Virus record (IMG/VR): IMGVR_UViG_3300032270_001357
Span: 1-28,302 of that record
DNA: 28,302 bases
Source of the DNA: a virus
Lineage: Duplodnaviria; Caudoviricetes
Direction: 5' to 3' (one strand)
Part shown: positions 1 through 8,653 of the stretch, in pieces
How positions within the stretch are numbered: the first letter of the stretch is position 1
Layout of the letters: each line of letters starts with the position of its first letter
The notes under the pieces: generated by a model
Seen by the model: only the letters and a program-made list of their open reading frames with translations
Told to the model about the DNA's origin: nothing
Databases searched by the model: none
Position numbers and translations under genes: made by a program

Positions 1-1284
1 AGTACCTGAAGGTTTAACTGTAGTAACACGAGCTGCTTTATTAATACCTAATACTTTAGCAACACGTTCGTTTTCTTCACAAGCTACTTTAGCTGCTTCT
101 TTCATATTTAATTTTAATACAGCTCCTGAAGCGATACCTGTCATTCCAATACCTAACAATGCTTCTTTTTCAGTTGTTTTTCTCCAAACATCTCTCAAGT
201 AATGGAAATCAGTATATGAAGCTTGTAAAGTACCAATAAATGCTGCTGCTTTAGCTCTTGCATTATATTCCTCTTGCGTTTCAATATCAATAGCGTTAAT
301 TTCACACAAGTTACAGAATTGATTAGCTTTCAAATTAATTTCAGCACAAGGATTAGTTCCAGCATCTTTATCATTTGTAAATAAAAATCCAGGTTCACCA
401 CTATTAGATGCCTCAATTTTACCCCACAAATTCATAAATGTTTCTTTATCAATCATATTACGAAGTAATACTGCTGAGTTATTAGCACGGCCACGTTGTG
501 GATTATCTTCCCACCAGCTACCAAATTTACAAGTCAACATATCCTCATCATGAAGATTAAACAAAGCAATTAACGCTGCTCTACGAATACCACCTGATAA
601 TACAGCATCAGCTAAGTGACAAATAATGTCGTGACATTCCAATGTTGTTAATTTTTCACCATCATTTTTACGGTCCAAAATCGCTTGCATATGAATTAAA
701 GCAATTTTCAATGGTTCAGGACCGGGTGCTTTACCACCAACAGTAATCAATGAGGCACCTTTAGCTCTGATGTCTCTAAAGTCAAATAGAGGAGCGGTTG
801 ATGTTTGTCCGAAATATGCTTTAGTTAACATACGAACGGCATCAGCCCATCCTTCAATAGAATCACCTACTAGATAACGCTTTTGTTTCAAAGGTTTTCT
901 AATTTCGGGTAGTTGTTCAACATGGTGAGTTTGAACAGAATATCCTACTCCACAACCTGATAATAACAAGAACATAATTTCTGAGAATGCTCTGAAATCA
1001 TCAATTGGTAAGTAAGAACAGTTAAAAATACGAGCATTGTTTATTTCAATAGGTTTACCTGCAAATTGCATTGAACGCATTGATGGTAATACCTTTTTGT
1101 CATAAACATACTTATACGCGGCTTCAATTTCTTCAGCCAATTGAGGAAACTTTTTTAAGTGCATTTCCTTGTTTCGAGTTACTAGCTCGTACCACGTTTC
1201 TCTCCTGTTTTTTTCAGGTGCGAATTTCGCATACTTAAGATGGGTAGTAATTTCAGACAAAATTTGTGATTCTGTGGTTAACAT
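1..1284 (-). CDS. nrdJ: Class II (adenosylcobalamin-dependent) ribonucleotide reductase, N-terminal 428 codons; truncated by window edge
   Basis: Not in the ORF track; translated by hand from ATG at 1284: MLTTESQILSEITTHLKYAKF...RRETW...VLPSMRSMQFAG...FNCSY...LLLSGCGVGYSV...VLSGGIRRAALI...GEPGF...GTNPCAEI...CNLCEIN...RVTTVKPSGT. Contains the NPCxE thiyl motif and KPSGT motif typical of phage NrdJ/RTPR. Confidence 0.92.
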   Translation of the reverse strand, partial: MLTTESQILSEITTHLKYAKFAPEKNRRETWYELVTRNKEMHLKKFPQLAEEIEAAYKYVYDKKVLPSMRSMQFAGKPIEINNARIFNCSYLPIDDFRAFSEIMFLLLSGCGVGYSVQTHHVEQLPEIRKPLKQKRYLVGDSIEGWADAVRMLTKAYFGQTSTAPLFDFRDIRAKGASLITVGGKAPGPEPLKIALIHMQAILDRKNDGEKLTTLECHDIICHLADAVLSGGIRRAALIALFNLHDEDMLTCKFGSWWEDNPQRGRANNSAVLLRNMIDKETFMNLWGKIEASNSGEPGFLFTNDKDAGTNPCAEINLKANQFCNLCEINAIDIETQEEYNARAKAAAFIGTLQASYTDFHYLRDVWRKTTEKEALLGIGMTGIASGAVLKLNMKEAAKVACEENERVAKVLGINKAARVTTVKPSGT

Positions 1285-1299
1285 TTGTTTTTTAATAAA

Positions 1300-2661
1300 T
1301 TAATTAGTTAGTTCGAAAAATTTTTGTTTAATAAGGGCTTTATCTACAGAATCGATGCCTCCAAAAGTTGATGATTGAGGTGTTGTAGGGGTATCGTCAT
1401 CGTCTTCCATTTGGGATGATACCTCAAAGTGTCCTGTTGAAGTATCTACTTTGACAGAATAGGTCATACCGTCCATTCCGTATCGATTTTTCATAATGTG
1501 AAATCTTCCTGTCCCATTTACTTTATCTTGACGTTTCCTTGATAAGGATATAGCAACATCGGTAACCATCATTTTATCATAGCTACCTGCAGCTTTATCA
1601 CCTTCAATAATATCATCTTTTGCACCAGCTCGGTTTACTTGAGACACTGACCAAATAGGTAGTTTTAATTCTCTAGCAAGTCCTTTAGTACTAATATAAA
1701 TATCATCTATTTCGTCTTTACGCTCACCATTCTTTCTTTTAGAACGAAGAAGGTCAACATAATCGATAATAATCAAATCAGGTTTAAAATCTAAGTCAAT
1801 GCATTTTTTAACATGCGATTCAATTGTAGAAATCGTTGCTTTTCCTGTAGGAAATTCTTTAATAATAAGTTGACCTTGTAACTGAGTAATAACTTCTTCA
1901 ACCTTATCTTTATGTTTAATAATATTACCTACAGGAATACTGGTAAAGAAGGCATCATAACGTCTACCAACATAATCTGCTCCTAATTCAAGTGTATAGT
2001 GTAAAACATTATAACCTAATTTAACAGCATAACCACCTAAAGCAACTAATGACCAAGATTTACCACCACCTGGGCTACCAAAAATCAATCCGAAGTCACC
2101 ATCACCTAATCCACCTTGTAACAATTCATTAAATGGTTCAAATGGTGTAGGAACTACTACTCTATGATCTTGTCTGTAACGAGATTCGGTATCTTTGTTG
2201 TACTCGTGTCCAATATTTTTGTCTTGACCCGCTTTAAGTGCGTTATCAACAATTGTTCTAATTGAATCATAGTCTCCTGCGTTTAGGAAATCTACGCTTG
2301 TTAACAACGCTTTTTTAAGCTGCTGGTTCTTACAAAAATTACTAAACTCTTCTTCTACATACTTAAGATCCTCGTCTGATGCTTTATAAGCTTCACGGAG
2401 TTGTTCTTTGATAGATACTTGTAATACTTCATTGTCGATCTTTTTAAGTTCTACTTTAAGAACATCCATAGTAGGACAAGTGTGGTATTTTTGGTAATAT
2501 TTTAGAATTTCTTTGATAATCCACTTATGTGCTTGATTATCAAAATATTCTTCACTTAACACATCTTGAATATTCAAGAGAAATTCCTTGTGTGTTAGCA
2601 AAGAGGATAAAACTTTGATTTGAAAACCGACGCCATAGGCGTTTAGATTGTTTAATGTCAT
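1300..2661 (-). CDS. dnaB: Replicative DNA helicase, DnaB/T4 gp41-like (SF4)
   Basis: Walker A GSPGGGKS, TLEL motif, Walker B IIIDYVDL, SQVNR and KNRYG motifs; sits in the replication module. Confidence 0.93.
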   Translation of the reverse strand: MTLNNLNAYGVGFQIKVLSSLLTHKEFLLNIQDVLSEEYFDNQAHKWIIKEILKYYQKYHTCPTMDVLKVELKKIDNEVLQVSIKEQLREAYKASDEDLKYVEEEFSNFCKNQQLKKALLTSVDFLNAGDYDSIRTIVDNALKAGQDKNIGHEYNKDTESRYRQDHRVVVPTPFEPFNELLQGGLGDGDFGLIFGSPGGGKSWSLVALGGYAVKLGYNVLHYTLELGADYVGRRYDAFFTSIPVGNIIKHKDKVEEVITQLQGQLIIKEFPTGKATISTIESHVKKCIDLDFKPDLIIIDYVDLLRSKRKNGERKDEIDDIYISTKGLARELKLPIWSVSQVNRAGAKDDIIEGDKAAGSYDKMMVTDVAISLSRKRQDKVNGTGRFHIMKNRYGMDGMTYSVKVDTSTGHFEVSSQMEDDDDTPTTPQSSTFGGIDSVDKALIKQKFFELTN

Positions 2662-2666
2662 ATAAC

Positions 2667-3704
2667 TTATTTTGTAAAACTATTTAATATTTTGTAAACA
2701 TTGTTGATTGTAAATTCAGGATTTTTGATCATATGACCTAATCCATCTTCATGATAAAATCGTAAAAAAGCTTCAGTATTCAAAGCTGGAGTTGATTCTT
2801 CTACAACATTTTCTAAATATTCTTTCTCTACATCATCCATTAGTGGATTACTTAGGTCCATAATACGATAGTTGTTTTCTAATCTCTCCATATCAAATAC
2901 TACTCTTGAATATACGACATGTTCCTTATGTTTAGCAGCACTTATTTCAATAATATCTTGAAACGTAAGTGGACGTTCTGCTAATTCAGGGAATTTTTTA
3001 AGTAACCCTTTTTCACCCAACCCTTTAACACCTGCTACTTTATCTGATTGGTCACCCAATAATGTTTTATACAGAATAAAATTCTCAGTCAATACACCAA
3101 AATTTTCTTTAACTAATTTTTTAGTATAAAATTCTTTTTCTCCAGGACGATAAAGTATAACATTTTCGTTTACTAATTGAACAAAGTCTTTATCGTTAGA
3201 TACTATGAATACTTGAGAATTATGTTTTTTAGGTAAAATATCACTTAAGTAAGCAATAATATCATCGGCCTCTACTTTATCTAAACTCAGTGTTTTAACT
3301 GGTAGACATTTTAGATAATGAATTAATCTTACTATTTGGTCAACTTTAGAATCATGTTCATCTTCTAATGAATCAAAAGTATCCCAGTTTGTGATACGAA
3401 CTAAATTACGGCCTGATTTGTATTCAGGTAATAAATTTTTTCTGTTTACTGATGAACCTGTTCCATCAAATACTACATAAACAGATGTTGGTTGAATTTG
3501 GTTAATTAAAGCATTAAGAGAACGAATAAAACCCCCTAAACCACCAATGTGAACTCCTTGCTCATTTACAAGGTTCATCATTGCAAAGTTCCTAAAAAAC
3601 AAATTTAGTCCATCAATTAATAGTACCCGTTCATGTGGACTGGCAGAACCTTCTTCTTGTTGGTCCATTTGGTTTAGGAGGTTTAATAGTTCGTTCTTAT
3701 TCAT
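2667..3704 (-). CDS. 5'-3' exonuclease / flap endonuclease (T4 RNase H, PolA N-terminal-like)
   Basis: LLIDGLNLFFR, VVFDG, PEYKSGR, VEADDIIA, IVSNDKDFVQL and helix-hairpin-helix LLGDQSDKVAGVKGLG motifs. Confidence 0.93.
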   Translation of the reverse strand: MNKNELLNLLNQMDQQEEGSASPHERVLLIDGLNLFFRNFAMMNLVNEQGVHIGGLGGFIRSLNALINQIQPTSVYVVFDGTGSSVNRKNLLPEYKSGRNLVRITNWDTFDSLEDEHDSKVDQIVRLIHYLKCLPVKTLSLDKVEADDIIAYLSDILPKKHNSQVFIVSNDKDFVQLVNENVILYRPGEKEFYTKKLVKENFGVLTENFILYKTLLGDQSDKVAGVKGLGEKGLLKKFPELAERPLTFQDIIEISAAKHKEHVVYSRVVFDMERLENNYRIMDLSNPLMDDVEKEYLENVVEESTPALNTEAFLRFYHEDGLGHMIKNPEFTINNVYKILNSFTK

Positions 3705-3713
3705 ATGTGCTGG

Positions 3714-3742
3714 AATGTAATAAATTTCTTTGACGTCTCCTA
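3714..3742 (-). promoter_or_regulatory. Putative host-sigma (Bacteroidota-type) promoter, TAGG-N19-TACATT variant
   Basis: Same spacing as four other intergenic TTGG-N19-TAYATT sites, with one mismatch; 9 nt from the ATG at 3704. Confidence 0.5.
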
Positions 3743-3743
3743 A

Positions 3744-4829
3744 TTAATCAGGTTCTTGTTCAAAAATATTCATTGAGCTTTCCAACACATCTTCTTCCTC
3801 GTAAATATCGAAATCCATACCACCCAAAATCTTACTCCATTCTGAAGCATGATCATCTTTGTATGCTTTAATTTCTTTATCAGTATCATTAATAAAACCG
3901 TGTGGGGTCATAATAATTTTACCTCGAGTTGTAACACCATTAATGTGGTTTTTATCAATTTGAATATTTGTACGTTTAGCAAATTCAACTTGTTTACCAT
4001 CTTTAATGGCTTTGATTTTACTGGTACCAGCATTTGAAACGTTACCGAATGTAATTACAAACGTAGCATCAAACCACATAGCAAATCCACCTTTGTTCAT
4101 CAACTTAGGTTGTCCCATAGGTACTTCAGCTTTTGCTGTCCAAACCTTATTAACACATACCAATGTATTAGTGTATGGTGAACTTTCTTTACGTGATAAT
4201 GTAATTTTTTGGTTTACATTGTTACCAAACTGTGTACTCATAGCACCAGCATTCCATTCATTATTATTTTTGTTTGATTTAACAGACAATTCACAAGGAA
4301 CTGAGCCGATTGAATCCCACAAGAACAATAAATCATAAGGTAGATTACCTTTTTTCTGTTCATCAAGCAAATCTAAAATAAATGCTGCTACATCTTCAAT
4401 TGTGTGTAAAGTTTCCCTATCTACATAAAGGAAAAATCCACTATAATTTCCAACCTCACCAGTTTCTTCATCTACTTCAGTGTTTACTTGCATTCCCATT
4501 TGAACTGCGTGTTCCCAATTCCATTTCATCTCAGTAATAATAAACACGGGTAATACACCTGCTTTTTGAGCAGCAACTGCTGCTTCAATCAACGCTGTTG
4601 TTTTTCCTGTATCACTATGTCCACGAAGTAGAACAATGTGCCCAGTAGGAATACCAGGCACACTTGTTACTTCTTGAAATGCAGGACTAAGGGGAATCCA
4701 CTTCTGTTCTTTAAACTTAACGTTACCATTAAGTAATTTCTTCTCCTTAAATTTATCTAAATTGAAATTAGATTTAATTTCTGCGGAGACTGCAGCCGTT
4801 AGCGATTCGCTTTTCTTAGTTTTTGCCAT
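3744..4829 (-). CDS. uvsX: RecA/UvsX-like recombinase
   Basis: Walker A GHSDTGKTT, Walker B LFLWDS, NKGGFAMWF resembling RecA TTGGNALKF, IDKNH; adjacent to the SSB gene. Confidence 0.88.
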   Translation of the reverse strand: MAKTKKSESLTAAVSAEIKSNFNLDKFKEKKLLNGNVKFKEQKWIPLSPAFQEVTSVPGIPTGHIVLLRGHSDTGKTTALIEAAVAAQKAGVLPVFIITEMKWNWEHAVQMGMQVNTEVDEETGEVGNYSGFFLYVDRETLHTIEDVAAFILDLLDEQKKGNLPYDLLFLWDSIGSVPCELSVKSNKNNNEWNAGAMSTQFGNNVNQKITLSRKESSPYTNTLVCVNKVWTAKAEVPMGQPKLMNKGGFAMWFDATFVITFGNVSNAGTSKIKAIKDGKQVEFAKRTNIQIDKNHINGVTTRGKIIMTPHGFINDTDKEIKAYKDDHASEWSKILGGMDFDIYEEEDVLESSMNIFEQEPD

Positions 4830-4842
4830 AAATTTAATTTAA

Positions 4843-5688
4843 TTAGAAAGGTAGATCGTTGTCTTCATCTTCGTCAAACAAGGCATCAAATTTTTCTGCT
4901 TTGCTTGCTTTTGTAGTTTGAGGTGTTTTCAAAGCATAATTTTTAACAGGAGCTGCTTCTAATTCTGCTTCTACTTCATTCTCATCATCGATGATTGAAC
5001 CTTCTTCTGGTTCTTCAGGTGACAACCAATTTTGCAATACTTCTTTCAAATCATCATAAGTTCTCTTACGTTGAAGTTCCAAAATGTCTGGTTGATCTGT
5101 AAGGAATTTACCGATTTGAGAAGCATCTGCACTCAAAGCTGTAGTTTTAGGTTTAATTCTGATTGATGATTTAAGACCTTGGCGACCACCAATATCACCT
5201 TTAACTACATCAACAGTAAAGTCACGACCTTCGTTGATGTCAGTGTAATCACCATAATCTTCATCTTCAGCAATACCTAAAAGTTGCATGTAAATTTCTT
5301 TACCAAATTCCCAAAGGCGTACACCTTTTTCTTCTTCACCACGTACAATAACAGGAGCATAAACCCTCATTTTAGGTTCAATTTTCTTAGCTAGCTGCCA
5401 GTTTTCTTTGTCGTTGGTTTTACGGAGTTGAGAAACAAATTCTACAACAGGATCTTTTTCACCCCAGTTAGTTAGAGCAAAAATAGGGAATTTAGAAATT
5501 ACATAATGTACAAAAACCTCTTTGAAAGGATTTTGAGGGTCCAATTTTGAAGGTACAATACGAATTTGGTACTTTCCTTCTTCTTTTGGCTTCCAGTAAA
5601 CTTTTGAGTAATCGATTTTTTCTTTCTTGCCTGTGTTGTTCGTCGACTGTAAAGCGTTTAGTCGTTGTTTGATAGCATTAATATCCAT
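4843..5688 (-). CDS. Single-stranded DNA-binding protein, T4 gp32-like
   Basis: YWKP...IRIVP, LWEFGKEIY, DINEGRDF motifs and an acidic C-terminal tail ending DEDEDNDLPF. Confidence 0.88.
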   Translation of the reverse strand: MDINAIKQRLNALQSTNNTGKKEKIDYSKVYWKPKEEGKYQIRIVPSKLDPQNPFKEVFVHYVISKFPIFALTNWGEKDPVVEFVSQLRKTNDKENWQLAKKIEPKMRVYAPVIVRGEEEKGVRLWEFGKEIYMQLLGIAEDEDYGDYTDINEGRDFTVDVVKGDIGGRQGLKSSIRIKPKTTALSADASQIGKFLTDQPDILELQRKRTYDDLKEVLQNWLSPEEPEEGSIIDDENEVEAELEAAPVKNYALKTPQTTKASKAEKFDALFDEDEDNDLPF

Positions 5689-5716
5689 GATTTTATTTTA
5701 TTAGTTTAATGTTAGA

Positions 5717-5745
5717 AATATAAGAACGAGGTATTGTATAACCAA
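5717..5745 (-). promoter_or_regulatory. Putative host-sigma promoter TTGG-N19-TATATT upstream of SSB
   Basis: Minus strand reads CTTGG TTATACAATACCTCGTTCT TATATTTC; intergenic; resembles the Bacteroidota -33 TTG / -7 TAnnTTTG layout. Confidence 0.65.
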
Positions 5746-5754
5746 GTTGAGTTG

Positions 5755-5776
5755 AGCCCTTTTTTAAAGGGTTTTT
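5755..5776. terminator. Possible intrinsic terminator hairpin
   Basis: AGCCCTTT-ttt-AAAGGGTT followed by T run on the plus strand, in the intergenic gap downstream of 5790..6230. Weak stem. Confidence 0.4.
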
Positions 5777-5789
5777 ATTATTTTTAATA

Positions 5790-6230
5790 TTAAAGTGTTT
5801 TCCAATCTTCTACACCCCAACCACTTTCATCTTGAAATTTACCAGAAAATTTATCTAATGAATCTACAATATATAACATTGCTTCTCCGGATACTTGAGC
5901 ACATGCTGTTTTTATAGGAGTAGAAAAATCACCAATAAATTTTATTCCTTGAAAATATAAAGGATCGCTTTTATAAAGAGATGCTTCATTTTGATATATT
6001 TTATCTAGAATTAATTCAAATTGTTTGTTTTTTAACATTTCTACCATTTCTGGGTATGCTTTACACTTATCCGGACTATTAACATCGTAGCAATTAAATA
6101 CTATATTTTTAGTATTAGAAAGAGATGGAAAATTGTCTATTTTGTAAAGTTCACGATATGGAACTCCTACATATACTGTCGTTTCTAAAGATAATGTTTT
6201 GTTTTCGTCGATTGTTTTCTTATTATTCAT
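5790..6230 (-). CDS. Hypothetical protein (146 aa)
   Basis: Full ORF in gene-dense strand orientation, with its own promoter-like motif; no recognisable domain. Confidence 0.7.
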   Translation of the reverse strand: MNNKKTIDENKTLSLETTVYVGVPYRELYKIDNFPSLSNTKNIVFNCYDVNSPDKCKAYPEMVEMLKNKQFELILDKIYQNEASLYKSDPLYFQGIKFIGDFSTPIKTACAQVSGEAMLYIVDSLDKFSGKFQDESGWGVEDWKTL

Positions 6231-6238
6231 ATGTCATG

Positions 6239-6267
6239 AATGTACGAAAGAAAATTTAGATTTCCAA
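6239..6267 (-). promoter_or_regulatory. Putative host-sigma promoter TTGG-N19-TACATT
   Basis: Minus strand TTTGG AAATCTAAATTTTCTTTCG TACATTC, 8 nt from the ATG at 6230. Confidence 0.65.
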
Positions 6268-6276
6268 ATCGGTTTT

Positions 6277-6774
6277 TTACAGTTCAACAATTTTAAAAAC
6301 TTTTGTATTCAATTGTTTCAACTCATTATGGTTGGTTAACAAGATACAGTTTTTATAATGTTGCCAATTTACACGGTAAGATGGATCAACCACACCACCG
6401 TTTAATTTTTTTATTAGATCATTTAACGCATTAATAGTATAAAGCGTATTAGTTTCTTTCTTTCTATGTACTAAGATTGTATTTTGAGGAATACCCTCAA
6501 CATTGCCTTGCTCTACGTTGTATGTAACAACATACTCGTCTGTACTTTTAACATAAAGTACAAACATCTTATTATACATAATTGAATAAGACTTAGTCAA
6601 AGCATTAATCAGTGCATCTAAATCCTCTAGTCCTGTAAATGTACAAAATAACTTATTGTTCACGTCTTTTATGTTTGTCGAATCGAAATCGTATCCGTCA
6701 TACATATAGTCATTCTTCTGTAAAATCGTATGTTTTTCCATAACTTGTTTTTGTTTGTAACCTGTATTTATCAA
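6277..6774 (-). CDS. Phage hypothetical protein directly downstream of the polymerase gene (true start may be ATG at 6741 or 6705)
   Basis: Protein-like ORF with NNKLFCTF and TILVHRKKETNTLYTINALN segments; the listed 5' end overlaps the polymerase gene by 65 nt, so the start is uncertain. Confidence 0.75.
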   Translation of the reverse strand: MINTGYKQKQVMEKHTILQKNDYMYDGYDFDSTNIKDVNNKLFCTFTGLEDLDALINALTKSYSIMYNKMFVLYVKSTDEYVVTYNVEQGNVEGIPQNTILVHRKKETNTLYTINALNDLIKKLNGGVVDPSYRVNWQHYKNCILLTNHNELKQLNTKVFKIVEL

Positions 6775-7999
6775 ATATTTGTTTTATCTCATTTTCTATA
6801 TCATTTTCACCCTCACCTAGCTCAAACAAAAACGAATCGTACGTATATAATACAATTTTTGTTTTGCGCCCTCGTAATAGCTTATGTATGTCCATCAATA
6901 TATGAACATTCATTGCGGACTCCACATTCTGCAACATATAGTTAAACAATTTTTGTGGATTCATATTTTCCAGCTCGCTCTTTTTAAAACAATAACCTGA
7001 AATCGGCACAATAACTTGACCGGAGTTATTAAACGCCTCCCAATTTATTGTCACAAATTGTTTTACTTGTTGAAAAAATTCAAGGTGCTCATACTCTTTA
7101 AAAACGCCTCCGTATAATTGCTTAAACGTGATTTCTTTTGCTTCTTTATAGCTCGTTTGGTAGAGATCTGCGAACGCCTGATGGACATCTGGAACGCCAA
7201 AATCATAGGCAAGTAAACGACCGACAATAGTAGGATGGTATGCACTAATATCGAACTCAACGTACCCATGACTCGATATGTAACTCCTCCTTGCGCCATT
7301 ATCTTTGTTTATTGCTGCGAAATTAACGCCATTAAAAGAATTACTTGGTCTACGTGTTGTTGTAGCCAAATTGTAGCTTGTGTAAATTCGATCGCCTTGG
7401 ATTGAATAAAATTCATTGTTGAGTTCATAGTGTTTATCAAATTCATATTTGTCTATTTTTAATCCGTTTTTTTCTATTCCAAAGAATGCTAGTACTGCCT
7501 TATTGTTGTAAAAATCAAAATATGGTGGTAATTCCTTTGGTATTACACTACGAACTTGTTGATAAATATGTTCGCATTTTTCGTAGTGTTTGCTTATTGG
7601 TACAAGTTTATTAACCTTTGGATAATCCGTATGGTGAGAATAAAAGTAATTATGTGCTTGTGTTTCGGTTTGTATATACGTAGGATTAAGAATGGATAGG
7701 TCGCACAAGCTTTTAATAGGAAAATAATACAATGCGGATTTTTTATCGCGCACCCACACTTTATCTATTTTTTGTAGTAACGCGTCTATAACCGTTTTAT
7801 TAAGCGAGGAAGTCTCACTATGGTCAACGCATAACATATAACCTTTTGTGTCGTTAAACGGTCTTATATACACTAAAGACACGTCATTTAAAGCAGGGTG
7901 TATGTTATCGTGGTGTGGAATTATCTCTACGAATGCTTCCACTATCGTTTTGTGAGTCAAATACTCTATTGCCTCTTCTGTCTCTATTATCCAAAACAT
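6710..7999 (-). CDS. polA: Compact, divergent family A DNA polymerase-like protein
   Basis: TTTRRPSN (TGRLSS-like), motif A EFDISAYHP, motif B AKEITFKQLYG, LFNYMLQ (NxxxQ), motif C YTYDSFLF, KTSYGKTY. Only 429 aa. Confidence 0.82.
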   Translation of the reverse strand: MFWIIETEEAIEYLTHKTIVEAFVEIIPHHDNIHPALNDVSLVYIRPFNDTKGYMLCVDHSETSSLNKTVIDALLQKIDKVWVRDKKSALYYFPIKSLCDLSILNPTYIQTETQAHNYFYSHHTDYPKVNKLVPISKHYEKCEHIYQQVRSVIPKELPPYFDFYNNKAVLAFFGIEKNGLKIDKYEFDKHYELNNEFYSIQGDRIYTSYNLATTTRRPSNSFNGVNFAAINKDNGARRSYISSHGYVEFDISAYHPTIVGRLLAYDFGVPDVHQAFADLYQTSYKEAKEITFKQLYGGVFKEYEHLEFFQQVKQFVTINWEAFNNSGQVIVPISGYCFKKSELENMNPQKLFNYMLQNVESAMNVHILMDIHKLLRGRKTKIVLYTYDSFLFELGEGENDIENEIKQIFDKYRLQTKTSYGKTYDFTEE

Positions 8000-8648
8000 A
8001 ACCTTGATTTGCTCTATTAATATACGAACCCGAATTCATATGTCCAACTTTAGGGTAAAATTTATCAAATCCTCCTGTTAGTTCCAAATATTTAATAAAA
8101 CCATATACTTTATTATCGGATTGAACTTGTGATGCTATTCTAAAATTAGTTTCTTTAACCTTATCTCCAGCAATCAACCAAGTCATATTAAATGGAATGT
8201 AAAATTGCCAAGCATATTGAGAATCTTTACTTGAAAATCTTTCAAATTGTAATTTATCTATTTCAATGAATATAGGTTCATTTGATTTTTTTACAAAATA
8301 TCTTTCAAATCTACCTTTTTCATAATCGTTTTGGGTAGGTTGACTATATGTAAATTTAGGTAATTCAGATAAACGAGGAAGATTCATTTCATTATAACCA
8401 ATAGTAATTAAAGTAGTATTAACATTATCTAAATCAGGGTTGGTTTGGTATTCAACACTTGAATTAATAAGTGAAACAATACTAATTAATTCTTCACTAG
8501 TTATATCATCATTACTTTTTCCACTAAAATATTTTCCGTCATAAGTTTTATAATAAAAGCCAGTATAACCTGCTAATGAGTTACGGTATACTAATTCATT
8601 TCCATTAGTATAAAGATTAGTCTTTATTTTATTTTTTGGGTAATACAT
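7905..8648 (-). CDS. Hypothetical protein at the end of the baseplate operon, possibly structural
   Basis: Starts 5 nt after the hub stop; aromatic-rich (LYTNGNE, YTGFYY, GKYFSG, RYFVKK). The last ~45 codons run through the polymerase promoter and gene start. Confidence 0.7.
   Translation of the reverse strand: MYYPKNKIKTNLYTNGNELVYRNSLAGYTGFYYKTYDGKYFSGKSNDDITSEELISIVSLINSSVEYQTNPDLDNVNTTLITIGYNEMNLPRLSELPKFTYSQPTQNDYEKGRFERYFVKKSNEPIFIEIDKLQFERFSSKDSQYAWQFYIPFNMTWLIAGDKVKETNFRIASQVQSDNKVYGFIKYLELTGGFDKFYPKVGHMNSGSYINRANQGYVLDNRDRRGNRVFDSQNDSGSIRRDNSTPR
8019..8047 (-). promoter_or_regulatory. Putative host-sigma promoter TTGG-N19-TATATT upstream of the polymerase
   Basis: Minus strand GTTGG ACATATGAATTCGGGTTCG TATATTAA, 19 nt from the ATG at 7999. 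Confidence 0.65.
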
Positions 8649-8653
8649 GGTTT

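Noticed and set aside
3849-4338. Plus-strand ORFs 3849..4037 and 4006..4338
   Set aside because: Antisense shadows inside the recombinase gene; no recognisable motifs.
6730-7299. ORFs 6730..6945 (+) and 7063..7299 (-, alternate frame) inside the polymerase gene
   Set aside because: Short, no motifs, and expected by chance where higher GC lowers stop frequency; not supportable as overprinted genes.
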